A DNA stretch of 34,881 bases from Macrostomum lignano (taxonomy: Eukaryota): positions 1 through 34,881 of the forward strand of contig NIVC01004799.1 in assembly GCA_002269645.1 (NCBI GenBank). Direction: 5' to 3'. Of the stretch, positions 1-12,253 are shown piece by piece; positions within the stretch are counted from its first letter, which is position 1; every line of letters begins with the position of its first letter. The translations under genes were made by a program, and so were the position numbers. The notes below the pieces were generated by a model that searched no databases, was not told the DNA's origin, and saw only the letters and a list, made by a program, of their open reading frames with translations.

Positions 1-183
1 TCTGACTGTCTGCGCCGCTCCGCTGCTTATTCTGTGGCTTGGGCGACGGTGGCGGCGTCTGGTTGGCGCAGACTTTGCCAGATTTGATTGTCAGGCACCT
101 GCCGTTGAGTGCCAGGCGCCAGCTCAGCAACCTGCTGCTGAGCTTAATGCACGCTCGCTTAACCACGCTTAGCTATGTCCTCA

Positions 184-1364
184 GATGACCTCAGACCGTA
201 GCTTAGCCAGCTGTGACCCCATGTGACCTCAGACCGTAGCTTAGCTCAGCTGTGACCGTAGCTTAGCCCAGCTGTGACCCCATGTGACCTCAAAACGTAG
301 CTTAGCCAGATGTGACCCCATGTGACCTCAAAACGTAGCTTAGCCCAGATGTGACCTCAGACCGTAGCTTAGCCCAGCTGTGACCCCATGTGACCTCAAA
401 ACGTAGCTTAGCCCAGATGACAGACCGTAGCTTAGCCCAGCTGTGACCCCATGTGACCTCAAAACGTAGTTTAGCTCAGCCCTGACCCCATGTGACCTCA
501 GATCGTAGCTTAGCTCAGCCCTGACCCCATGTGACCTCAGATCGTAGCTTAGCTCAGCCCTGACCCCATGTGACCTCAGACCGTAGCTTAGCCCAGCTGT
601 GACCCATGTGACCTCAGACCGTAGCTTAGCTCAGCTGTGACCCCATGTGATCTCAGACCGTAGCTTAGCTCAGCCCTGACGCCCATGTGACGTCAACTCG
701 TAGCTTAGCTCAGCTGTGACCCCATGTGACCACAAAACCGTAGCTTAGCTCAGCGCAGACCCCATGTGACCCCAGACCGTATCTTAGCTCAGTTCGGACC
801 TCATGTGACCTCAGATCGTAGCTTAGCTCAGCTGTGACCTCATGTGACCTCAGATCGTAGCTTAGCTCAGCTCTGACCCTATATGACCCCAGACCGTATC
901 TTAGCTCAGCTCTGACCTCATGTGACCTCAGATCGTAGCTTAGCTCAGCTGTGACCCCATGTGACCTCAAAACCGTAGCTTAGCTCAGCCCTGACGCCCA
1001 TGTGACGTCAACTCGTAGCTTAGCTCAGCTGTGACCCCATGTGACCACAAAACCGTAGCTTAGCTCAGCGCAGACCCCATGTGACCCCAGACCGTATCTT
1101 AGCTCAGTTCGGACCTCATGTGACCTCAGATCGTAGCTTAGCTCAGCTGTGACCCCATGTGACCTCAAAACCGTAGCTTAGCTCAGCTGTGACCCCATGT
1201 GACCTCAAAACCGTAGCTTAGCTCAGCTGTGACCCCATGTGACCTCAAAACCGTAGCTTAGCTCAGCCCTGACCCCCATGTGACCTCAAAACCGTAGCTT
1301 AGCTCAGCTGTGACCCCATGTGACCTCAAAACCGTAGCTTAGCTCAGCTGTGACCCATGTGACG
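184..1364. repeat. Minisatellite, ~39-40 bp unit (GTGACCCCATGTGACCTCAGACCGTAGCTTAGCTCAGCT)
   Basis: About 30 tandem degenerate copies visible directly; boundaries approximate. Confidence 0.95.
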
Positions 1365-2388
1365 TTAACACCCATTGATAAAGATATTTGGCCCTGTATC
1401 CCTCTTTCCAAGACTGTTGGTTTTATTGACGTCATTTCATTTAGATTATCTTGATTCTCGAAAACAATGAATTTGCCAGTGATATTGCATGACCTAGTCA
1501 GTAGGCTTTTATTCGTAATTTTTAAGACATCACACAGTGTGCTTATTTGGTTATATTGTTATTGTTATTGTTTTACTGCTGCAATAAAAATAATTTTAAC
1601 GCCGTTTCAAGGTTGAACCTTGATGTTTCGAATGTATTTTCTATTAAGGAAAGCGCGAAGTAATTTTCAGACTACTTCTGGCAGTGGCCACCCAGTTAAA
1701 TAGAAAAGCACACCAGCTACATTTCAATAATTTTCTTATTCTAACAAGTGAGCTTTCCTTATTGAACAGCTATTTTTTATTCTCCTTTTTGTCGCCCAAC
1801 TTGTGGCGTGTATAAACTGTTCATTATTGGCTTCTGTTATTAAGTGATTGTTTTCAACAATTTCTCTCCGCATGGAATCTCAGTCTTGAGTAGTGCAGCA
1901 GCACAATTTGCCAGATTGGTTATTTTCACTCGTCTGTTTATTTATTTATTTTTTAAGCCCCCTTTTTGTAGTTTTGCACAGCCAACCTGGCCGTTAGTTT
2001 CTCTCTTTCTCTATTATTGTTTTCTAGGCTTTCACAATAATGTTAATAAAAAATAGTGTTCTTCATAATGGTAGATTTTCTTGGTTTTAGCTTAGCATTG
2101 TTGTAAAGTTTAATTGTGTCTAGCAGAATGATTCAGTTGTATTGATATTACCTATCTATTGCTTCTTAAATCTTTTTTAATTGCAATGAATGTATAAAAA
2201 TATATATTTATATGCTTGTAAATCCGTGACGTCACCTCTGCGCCGCTACCAAGATTTCCTGAGCTCTTAGCGGATAAAATCATACTTGCGCATTGGCCTG
2301 TCTTCGTTGAGTCATTTAGGTCTCTGATTTAGCTCATTTGTAATCATCTAAGTTCCTCGGTTTCTGTGCTGAGCCACCCTACTAAATC

Positions 2389-3727
2389 TTGTTGCTGGGC
2401 CAGCCTCCCAGATCCTCAGTTGCTGGGCCAGCCTCCCAGATCCTCAGTTGCTGGGCCAGCCTCCCAGTGTCAGTTGCTGGGCCAGCCTCCCAGATCCTCA
2501 GTTGCTGGGCCAGCCTCCCAGATCCTCAGTTGCTGGGCCAGCCTCCCAGATCCTCAGTTGCTGGTCCAGCCTCCCAGATCCTCAGTTTCTGGGCCAGCCT
2601 CCCAGAGTGTCAGTTGCTGGGCCAACCTCCCAGATCCTCAGTTGCTGGTCCAGCCTCCCAGATCCTCAGTTGCTGGGCCAGCCTCCCAGAGTGTCAGTTG
2701 CTGGGCCAGCCTCTCAGATCCTCAGTTGCTGGGCCAGCCTCCCAGATCCTCAGTTGCTGGGCCAGCCTCTCATAGTGTCAGTTGCTGGTCCAGCCTCCCA
2801 GATCCTCAGTTGCTGGGCCAGCCTCCCAGATCCTCAGTTTCTGGGCCAGCCTCCCAGATCCTCAGTTGCTGGGCCAGCCTCCCAGATCCTCAGTTTCTGG
2901 GCCAGCCTCCCAGATCCTCAGTTGCTGGGCCAGCCTCCCAGATCCTCAGTTGCTGGGCCAGCCTCCAAGAACCCCAGTTGCTGGGCCAGCCTCCCAGATT
3001 GTCAGTTGATGGGCCAGACTTTCAGATCCTCAGTTTCTGGGCCAGCCTCTCAGAGAGTCAGTTGCTGGGCCAGCCTCTCAGATCCTCAGTTGCTGGGCCA
3101 GCCTCTCAGAGTGTCAGTTGCTGGGCCAGCCTCCCAGTGTCAGTTGCTGGGCCAGCCTCCCAGATCCTCAGTTGCTGGGCCAGCCTCCCAGATCCTCAGT
3201 TGCTGGGCCAACCTCCCAGATCCTCAGTTGCTGGGCCAACCTCCCAGATCCTCAGTTGCTGGGCCAACCTCCCAGATCCTCAGTTGCTGGGCCAGCCTCC
3301 CAGAGTGTCAGTTGCTGGGCCAGCCTCTCAGATCCTCAGTTGCTGGGCCAGCCTCCCAGATCCTCAGTTGCTGGGCCAGCCTCTCAGAGTGTCAGTTGCT
3401 GGGCCAGCCTCTCAGAGTGTCAGTTGCTGGGCCAGCCTCCCAGATCCTCAGTTGCTGGGCCAGCCTCTCAGAGTGTCAGTTGCTGGGCCAGCCTCCCAGT
3501 GTCAGTTGCTGGGCCAGCCTCCAGATCCCCAGTTGCTGGTCCAGCCTCCCAGAGTGTCAGTTGCTGGGCCAGCCTCCCAGATCCTCAGTTGCTGGGCCAG
3601 CCTCCCAGATCCCCAGTTGCTGGTCCAGCCTCCAAGATCCTCAGTTGCTGGGCCAGCCTCCCAGTGTCAGTTGCTGGGCCAGCCTCCCAGATCCCCAGTT
3701 GCTGGTCCAGCCTCCCAGATCCTCAGT
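2389..3727. repeat. Minisatellite, ~28 bp unit (CAGTTGCTGGGCCAGCCTCCCAGATCCT) with shorter variants
   Basis: Tandem copies visible; the long ORFs here are periodic translations of the unit. Confidence 0.95.
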
Positions 3728-4380
3728 CGCTGTGCCAGCGCCACTCTCGCAGAGCCTCGGGTAATCTAACCACTAAATATCCGGAATATTCCATCTGAAA
3801 TCCAATCAATCTCTCATGCCAGAATAGTGTCTCAAATTTAGCCTTGGATCTCACTACAGTAGCCGCGCGCAATTCGCCCCCTGCTTTGATATTAGTTTTC
3901 CCATCTCGTTGGCTCAGGCCCGGTCCCTACAGTGAGAATAATTAAGCCGCATCCGAGCTATAGCCCCCCCCCCCTGTCTGCAGGCAGTTTGGCTGTCCCT
4001 CAGTCGCGCCCTGTAGCCAAGCAACACAGTGGAAGCCTCCCACTCAGTACGTTAAAAGTGCATTTGCTAGCTAGTAGTTGGTATAAAGCAGCTGGGCGAA
4101 GTGAAATTGCAATCTCCGCAGTCTTATTTTTTTCTACTCCAACGGCGCGCACGCAATGGTCCGCAAGGCTCCTTTCTCGGGCTCCTACGCTTACATTGTA
4201 AGGCTTTAGACCATCGCTAGAGAGTTCATTCTAGCGAAAACTGTTCCAAACCCTTAACTGCGTGCACCCTGTGCTTCGCGAGTCATGCACTTTTAATACC
4301 TCCCCTTCCAGCGTCCTAATTTGTTCATCCTCGACCAGGTCTGTTCGCGTTTTAGTGTCTACCGCTATCCAGGACTACTA

Positions 4381-4404
4381 ATGGTGCGGGTTCGTGGCCT
4401 ACGA
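4381..4404 (+). CDS. NTHL1: Candidate first coding exon of NTHL1 (MVRVRGLR)
   Basis: ATG at 4381 and GT at 4405 give a phase-0 junction compatible with the phase-0 acceptor at 6583. The donor (CGA|GTATCG) is weak and there is no independent support. Confidence 0.3.
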
Positions 4405-4519
4405 GTATCGATTTATATTAATGTCGTGTGCTTTGGTCTGTTATGGGATTGTTTTAGTTAAGTCTGGTGTGTCGCATTGATTTAATGGTTACAACTAGTC
4501 AGCCAGAGGACACAGCCAA

Positions 4520-6363
4520 ATTTATTCATGCAGATAGTTAGACAGACAGTTAAACAGTTAGACAGACAGACATACTGTGACATTTATTCATGCAGATAGT
4601 TAGACAGACGGTTAGACAGTTAGACAGACAGACATACTGTGACATTTATTCATGCAGATAGTTAGACAGACAGTTAGACAGTTAGACAGACAGACATACT
4701 GTGACATTTATTCATGCAGATAGTTAGACAGACACTGTGACATTTATTCATGCAGATAGTTAGACAGACACTGTGACATTTATTCATGCAGATAGTTAGA
4801 CAGACACTGTGACATTTATTCATGCAGATAGTTAGACAGACGGTTAGACAGTTAGACAGACAGACACTGTGACATTTATTCATGCAGATAGTTAGACAGA
4901 CAGTTAGACAGTTAGACAGACAGACATACTGTGACATTTATTCATGCAGATAGTTAGACAGACGGTTAGACAGTTAGACGGACAGACACTGACATTTATT
5001 CATGCAGATAGTTAGACAGACAGTTAGACAGTTATACAGACAGACACTGTGACATTTATTCATGCAGATAGTTAGACAGACACTGTGACATTTATTCATG
5101 CAGATAGTTAGACAGACACTGTGACATTTATTCATGCAGATAGTTAGACAGACAGTTAGACAGACAGACACTGTGACATTTATTCATGCAGATAGTTAGA
5201 CAGACAGACACTGTGACATTTAGACATGCAGACATGCAGACACTGATATTTAGACATGCAGACATGCAGACACTGATATTTAGACAGGCAGACAGACACT
5301 GGTATTTAGACAAGCAGACATGCAGGCAGACAGACACTGATATTTAGACATGCAGACATGCAGGCAGACAGACACTGGTATTTAGACATGCAGACATGCA
5401 GACACTGATATTTAGACATGCAGACATGCAGACACTGATATTTAGACAGGCAGACAGACACTGATATTTAGACATGCAGACATGCAGACACTGATATTTA
5501 GACATGCAGACATGCAGACACTGATATTTAGACATGCAGACATGCAGACACTGATATTTAGACAGGCAGACAGACACTGATATTTAGACATGCAGACACT
5601 GATATTTAGACATGCAGACATGCAGGCAGACAGACACTGATATTTAGACATGCAGACACGCAGACACTGATATTTAGACATGCAGACATGCAGACACTGA
5701 TATTTAGACATGCAGGCACACAGACACTGGTATTTAGACATGCAGACATGCAGACACTGATATTTAGACATGCAGACATGCAGGCAGACAGACACTGGTA
5801 TTTAGACATGCAGACATGCAGACACTGATATTTAGACAGGCAGACATGCAGACACTGATATTTAGACATGCAGACATGCAGACACTGATATTTAGACATG
5901 CAGACATGCAGACACTGATATTTAGACATGCAGACATGCAGGCAGACAGACACTGGTATTTAGACATGCAGACATGCAGACACTGATATTTAGACATGCA
6001 GACATGCAGACACTGATATTTAGACATGCAGACATGCAGGCAGACAGACACTGGTATTTAGACATGCAGACATGCAGGCAGACAGACAGACACTGATATT
6101 TAGACATATAGACATGCAGGCAGGCAGACAGACACTGACATATAGACATGCAGGCAGACAGACACTGACATATAGACATGCAGGCAGACAGACACTGACA
6201 TATAGACATGCAGACAGACAGACACTGACATACAGACATGCAGGCAGACAGACACTGACATATAGACATGCAGGCAGACAGACACTGACATATAGACATG
6301 CAGGCAGACAGACACTGACATATAGACATGCAGACAGACAGACACTGGCATATAGACATGCAG
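4520..6363. repeat. Compound GACA/CATG-rich minisatellite with three sub-arrays (~36-58 bp, ~30 bp, ~36 bp units)
   Basis: Units CATTTATTCATGCAGATAGTTAGACAGACACTGTGA, then GACATGCAGACACTGATATTTAGACATGCA, then GACATGCAGGCAGACAGACACTGACATATA variants. Confidence 0.95.
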
Positions 6364-6582
6364 ACTGGGACATGTGGTCATGCAGACAGACAGACGGGAA
6401 CTGACATTAGGACAGAGCACACGGAGACAGTAAAACATTAGATGAATGGCTGACAATGACTCATCTATCATGCACGTGACTCATCAATCCCAAATATGAC
6501 CATTGCCATGATATCATGCATCATTAATCTAATTCCTACATTAATAAATGTTCGTCTCTCCCTACATCTCCCTCCACTCCAG

Positions 6583-6870
6583 GCTTCAACCTCGTCTCCG
6601 TACTTTCAGTCTGAGGATTCTACAAAGAAATCCGCCGCTAGCCGTGGCGCCAATTCAAAATCGCAAAATCGCAAGCGCCGCTCCCAGCCGGTGCCAATCG
6701 CTTACGAAGAGTCGGTCGGTGAGGCTGCTGACGAACTGGTTGCCGCGGCGCCGGCGCCGGCCAAGTGGGAGGCGCAGCTGGCTAACATTAAACTGATGCG
6801 AGCGGATAAAAGTGCTCCAGTTGACAATATGGGCTGTCACACTCTCGCCGACGGGGCGGCCGAACCCAAG
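6583..6870 (+). CDS. NTHL1: NTHL1 exon: N-terminal region
   Basis: Acceptor CTCCAG at 6577-6582, donor GT at 6871. Encodes WEAQLANIKLMRADKSAPVDNMGC...EPK, resembling the NTHL1 W..QL.NI..MR....APVD..G segment. Confidence 0.9.
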
Positions 6871-7011
6871 GTTTGTTTGTTTTGAGAGTGCATTAATTTA
6901 GCTGGGCACACTGCTGCGGTGTGAAGTAGAAGCTCTGAGCAGGGGCGTGGCCAGCATTCTTCATTGAGGGCTGCCGTTTCATTTAAGGGGATGCCATTAA
7001 TTTGAGGGCAG

Positions 7012-8240
7012 CACCAGGGGCGCCGGCACCAAGGAGCGCCAGCACCAAGGAGCGCCAGCACCAAGGGCGCCAGCACCAAGGGCGCCAGCACCAGGGCGCC
7101 AGCATCAGTGTCGCCAGCACCAGAAGCGCTAACACCTGTAGTAACTGAGTCAGAGGCCGTGTTTGCTGTGTAGCCAAACTCTTATAAATCTCGCCGCGCT
7201 GGGCACGCGTCTATATATTATGGAGTTAGAATTGGGGTGGCGGCACCCACCCCACTCCGCAGCCAATCAGACTGCCCGGGCGTACCATACTGTGCGTACG
7301 CACACTACATCTCTCCCCTTTCGAATAGAGACTGAGAGAGAAGAAAATCGATTTAAACGTAACTCGAAAATACAAATTTCGAAAGATTCACCGATGATGC
7401 GCATTGAAAATGGAGATTAAAATATTGAGGAAATAAAATATTTGAATTGAATGCAGCAAAAACGTAAAAAAACTTCAGTCCGCATATTACGGAAAAGAAA
7501 GTCAGTTAATTTCAGTCATTGCAGGATTTCAAATTCAGTCCTTGTAGATTTTCACGCCCGCCCGAGCAGCGCGGGGGTGCGGGCGCAGCGCCATCGGGGA
7601 GGCGGGTGGATCTCGGGCCGCCTCGCCCGAAGCTCTCGGTGCAGCGGTCTGCGTCTGGGCGCCGGCGTCGCGAGCGTACGCACACTACAACACCAAGGGA
7701 CCAGCACCAGGAGCGCCAGCACCAAGGGCGCCAGCACCAAGGGCGCCAGCACCAGGAGCGCCAGCACCAAGGGCGCCAGCACCAAGGGCGCCAGCACCAA
7801 TGGCGCCAGCACCAGGAGCGCCAGCACCAAGGGCGCCAGCACCAAGGGCGCCAGCACCAAGGGCGCCAGCACCAGGAGCGCCAGCACCAAGGGCGCCAGC
7901 ACCAAGGGCGCCAGCACCAGGAGCGCCAGCACCAAGGGCGCCAGCACCAAGGGCGCCAGCACCAGGAGCGCCAGCACCAAGGGCGCCAGCACCAAGGGCG
8001 CCAGCACCAAGGGCGCCAGCACCAATGGCGCCAGCACCAGGAGCGCCAGCACCAAGGGCGCCAGCACCAAGGGCGCCAGCACCAAGGGCGCCAGCACCAG
8101 GAGCGCCAGCACCAAGGGCGCCAGCACCAAGGGCGCCAGCACCAGGAGCGCCAGCACCAAGGGCGCCAGCACCAAGGGCGCCAGCACCAGGAGCGCCAGC
8201 ACCAAGGGCGCCAGCACCAAGGGCGCCAGCACCAGGGACG
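7012..8240. repeat. 15 bp minisatellite (GGCGCCAGCACCAAG) interrupted by an insertion at 7137-7689
   Basis: Tandem copies at ~7012-7131 and ~7690-8240. Confidence 0.93.
7137..7689 (-). mobile_element. Non-autonomous LTR-retrotransposon-derived mini-element, 553 bp, 5-bp TSD ACACC
   Basis: Termini TGTAGT...ACTACA. ACACC at 7132-7136 and 7690-7694. On the minus strand a purine tract AAAGGGGAGAGA directly precedes TGTAGTGTGCGTACGC at 7309, and the same 16-mer starts the element at 7689. Confidence 0.7.
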
Positions 8241-9144
8241 TCAGTAACCCTCATAAGTTTAAGCTACAGTAGGGACACAGTGTGGAGAGTAGCGATCCGC
8301 CCCCGCAGTCTAAATAGTTCGATGATAAATCGATTCCACAAAGTGACGACTGCCCACTAACCTGGCAAAATATATCATATTTGATTGATGATTTTTCAGG
8401 CTTTAAGCTGAACTGGGTGCGCCTCCCGTCCTATGTTTGATGCTGCAAGCAACAGTAGTTGCTGCATTTCCAATTTGCGTGAGACGGAGGCGGAGAGAGA
8501 GAGAGTTGCCAGGGTTAGGACAGGAGAACCTACATCTAGCTGCTATAGCTTATAGCTACTCAAACTTAATTAGCCTGCTCATCAGCCGCAGTCGTTATCG
8601 CAGATCTGACTGAGAGAGATCGGCTCCTTATCATCAGCCGCCGAGCGAATTCGATTCCGCCCCAATGTCTCTCTATCTTAGAAAGAGTCCAATTTTCTTA
8701 TTTCTCCTCCCTGTCCCGTCGCTGCCTGCCTGCGTTATTATTTAGAAGCAAAATTTTGAGGACCTGCCTGACAGCGGGCGGGAGGCCGTTTTCTTCTTGT
8801 ACTCGTAAGGATTTTGAATCCGGGGATTTCCGTGTCTATTATATATTGATTCTTCCCACTCAATTACTGCCGCCCGTATCTCTCTGTATTGCCTGAGGCA
8901 GGGGTGTCGGCCTTCACTGCGTCTCTTTTTATTTATCTCTAGCTATGCCGGCTCAGCCTAGGTGGGTGCGTGCCCTCTCTCGATTCTTGCTATCCACTCT
9001 CGAGTCTCTTCTTTTAGCTCATCCGCTTCCAGCTAAACACTTCACCCTAACCTCTCTGCCCCTCTGTCTCAAACCCTCCCTAACCCTTTCTCCTACCCCT
9101 CCGATTCTAACCCTGTACACCCCTTCCTGACGCCTCTCGTACTC

Positions 9145-9500
9145 ACCTCTCTACCCCTCCCTACCTCTCTACGCCTCCCTACCCTCTCTACCCCTCCCTA
9201 CCTCTCTACGCCTCCCTACCCTCTCTACCCCTCCCTACCTCTCTACGCCTCCCTACCCTCTCTACCCCTCCCTACCCTCTCTCTATCCCTCCCTACCTCT
9301 CTACGCCTCCCTACCCTCTCTACCCCTCCCTACCCTCTCTCTACCCCTCCTACCTCTCTACGCCTCCCTACCCTCTCTACCCCTCCCTACCCTCTCTACC
9401 CCTCCCTACCTCTCTCTACTCCCTACCCTCTCTCTACCCCTCCCTACCTCTCTCCACCCTTTCCTACCCTCTCTCTACTCCCCTCCCTACCCTCTCTCTA
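9145..9500. repeat. Pyrimidine-rich minisatellite (CCTCTCTACCCCTCCCTAC-like)
   Basis: Tandem C/T-rich units visible. Confidence 0.9.
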
Positions 9501-10122
9501 CCTTTGTTCCTCTGTCTATATCCTCTCTTCCTGTCTGCTTCTCTTTTCTATCTTCTATCCAAAACAAATCCTCTTAGTTTGCCCCTACCGCCCTTCTATG
9601 CAGCCGCTTCAGTCCTCACGCCCTCAGTTCATTGTTTCTACGACTGAAGCTGAAGCTGAAAAGCTGAAATAATTTTATATGAATATTATATTTCAGATTT
9701 CCATAATTTGAATAAAAGCACTAGTATAATATTTGTTTGCCTAATTTGAGATTCAATAAGCATTCCTTTTGGCTTTGATTGCAGATAGAAGCGCGATTAT
9801 CTTTCCTCTCTGTGCAGGCTGAATCTATAATATGGAATAATAATTTGAGAGCTGCCAGTAAAATAAATAATTTGCCACACTCGGCTGCACTGAAGTGCCG
9901 CCAGCCAACTGGCTTTTAAGCCTACTTAGAGACTATACCGATTTAGTCTAAAAAGGAGTTTTAGCTGAGTCTAGCTGAGTTGAAAAGCTGAGTCTAAAAA
10001 ATCTGCCTTGGAAAATAGAGGTTCTCTGGCACTTTTAGCAACAATATACTATATACTATTATTAGCATTAGCGCACTGTCTTCGCCGCTCCCAAAATGCT
10101 GTAGAGACTCAGATTAAAGGGC

Positions 10123-10279
10123 CATACTGACATAAGCGCTGTCATGAGCGCATACTGACATAAGCACTGTCATGAGCGCATACTGACATAAGCGCTGTTA
10201 TGAGCGCATACTGACATAAGCGCTGTTATGAGCGCATACTGACATAAGCGCTGTCATGAGCGCATACTGACATAAGCGC
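10123..10279. repeat. 28 bp minisatellite (CATACTGACATAAGCGCTGTCATGAGCG), ~5.5 copies
   Basis: Direct inspection. Confidence 0.9.
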
Positions 10280-10654
10280 GCACTTCTGCAAGATCTTAGC
10301 ACCTTGCCCGAGGTAATTGCGCTCTTATGCCATTGCACGCTTATCACATTTGTAAGGCAACAAAGATTATTATTAGACGCTTAGTATATGCGATGAGTAC
10401 ACAAGTGTGTTTACACTGCCAGCGTACCAGTGCGTGCATGTGTATGCCCGATTTAGCAAGTTGCGATTAGAAGATTTCCATTAAAGTGTGTCCTACTGTT
10501 TTGTACCTGAAAATTCTATTCATGCTATTATGGATGGCAGCCAAAAATAAATATTCTTGGATGAGAGGTCAACTGACCCCTATTGACCCCTCCTAGATCC
10601 GTAACGGTCTCCAGTCTTGGCAGCCATTGCTATATTGTCACAAATGGGATTCCG

Positions 10655-11097
10655 AGGGCACACAAGGCCACACAAGTGACACACAAGGCCACACAAGTGG
10701 CACAAAAGACCTCAAGTGGCACACAAGGCCTCACAAGTGGCACACAAGGCCTTACAAGCGGCACACAAGGCCTCACAAGTGGCACACAAGGCCTCACAAG
10801 TGTCACACAAAGCCTCACAAGTGGCACACAAGGCCTTACAAGTGGCACACAAGGCCTTACAAGTGGCACACAAAGCCTCACAAGTGGCACACAAGGCCTC
10901 ACAAGTGGCACACAAGGCCTCACAAGTGGCACACAAAGCCTCACAAGTGGCACACAAGGCCTCACAAGTGCCACACAAGGCCTCACAAGTGGCACACAAA
11001 GCCTCACAAGTGCCACACAAGGCCTTACAAGCGGCACACAAAGCCTCACAAGTGGTACACAAAGCCTCACAAGTGGCACACAAAGCCTCACAAGTGT
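10655..11097. repeat. 21 bp minisatellite (GTGGCACACAAGGCCTCACAA)
   Basis: Tandem copies; 7-aa periodic translations. Confidence 0.95.
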
Positions 11098-11640
11098 CGC
11101 CCTACTTAGTCACAGCGCTTCGCTCTTTATTGGTGCTGGAAAGTGAATTCTTACAGGAAGGGAAATAGCGCCGCTGCTCAGGCAACTGCCAAGATAATTT
11201 CAGCCTGTTCTGAGTAGTGCTCATAATAAACCCTCCTCTTGTCGTGTCGCCATCTCGCTCGCTAACAATATCTCCGCAGGGCATCAATAATTTGTATTCC
11301 TTTTACGACTATAGCGACTATAGCGACAGATGGGATGAATGGGTATTTTTTAGATATCCATTGCTGCGCCGGAGATTCAATCAGGCACAGTCAGGCTATG
11401 CGTGCCGTTAATTTCTCGTTGTCACTTTAGCAGCCAGCTGCGCTTGCTTGAAGTGCTACGGCTTCGCTCAGCATGCTAGAAACATCTTAGTAGCATCTTA
11501 TCCACTCTGTTCTATAAGACTGGATGCTTGTTGTCGCAATCCTGCCATATATTTGGATTAATTTGTTTATTCCTAGTGTATGAAATTATTAACGATACAT
11601 ATCGGTGGATTGATAGCTCGGGACAGTTTATGATTCAGTG

Positions 11641-11942
11641 TTTTTTTATTATTACACCTGCCCCAAATCGGCCAAATGTGTAACCGACAGCTCAGCCGCA
11701 GCTATTGCGCGGCGCATCTGAAGGCTGCGTACGGCTGTTCAGTCCAAGGACTGGGGGGTCGCCACACACACAGCCTCAATTAACCCAGCTAATGCTGGCG
11801 CCCATTTTACAGCTGGGTGAACTGAAGCAATGCAGAGTTAAGTGCCTTGCTCAAGGATGCAAATTGTTCCGAGGGGATTGAAAATCGAACCCCCGACCTT
11901 CAAGTCGTGATTCCGACGCTCTAACCACTAGGCTACAACCCC
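11641..11942 (-). mobile_element. tRNA-derived SINE with a CORE/V/Meta-like central domain
   Basis: On the minus strand: Pol III A box TAGCCTAGTGG (11925-11935), B box GGTTCGATT (11883-11891), central CCTTGAGCAAGGCACTTAAC (11837-11856) and CACCCAGCTGTAAAATGGG (11801-11819), and a TAATAATAAAAAAA tail ending near 11641. Confidence 0.8.
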
Positions 11943-12002
11943 TATTGTAGACTAGTGTAGCCTAAAAGCTGATTAACTAAGATTTCTCGCTCCTCCCGTC
12001 AG

Positions 12003-12173
12003 ACATTTCGCTATCAAGTCCTGCTGTCCCTGATGCTATCCAGCCAGACTAAGGACGAAGTCACTGCGGCTGCTATGGCCCGCCTGAGGCGGCACGGCTG
12101 CACTCTGGATAACATTCTGGCCACGGACAATGCGGAACTGGGCCGCCTCATCTATCCCGTCGGATTCTGGAAG
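12003..12173 (+). CDS. NTHL1: NTHL1 exon
   Basis: AG at 12001-12002, GTAAG at 12174. Encodes [21 protein letters not shown]...LIYPVGFWK, the hallmark NTHL1 segment. Confidence 0.97.
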
Positions 12174-12253
12174 GTAAGCTGCGAATGGACTTTTCATGTT
12201 TGCCCTTTCACTGCTGCTCGAATAAACTCAATTTTCTCTCTATTTCCTTCGTT

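Noticed and set aside
2-172. Possible terminal exon (hydrophobic stretch, RRWRRL, stop at 170-172)
   Set aside because: Two frames look equally protein-like, no family was recognised, and it is truncated by the window edge.
8358-8517. TAAC(C)CTGGCAA inverted pair as a possible MITE
   Set aside because: Only ~11 bp, imperfect, and no TSD found.
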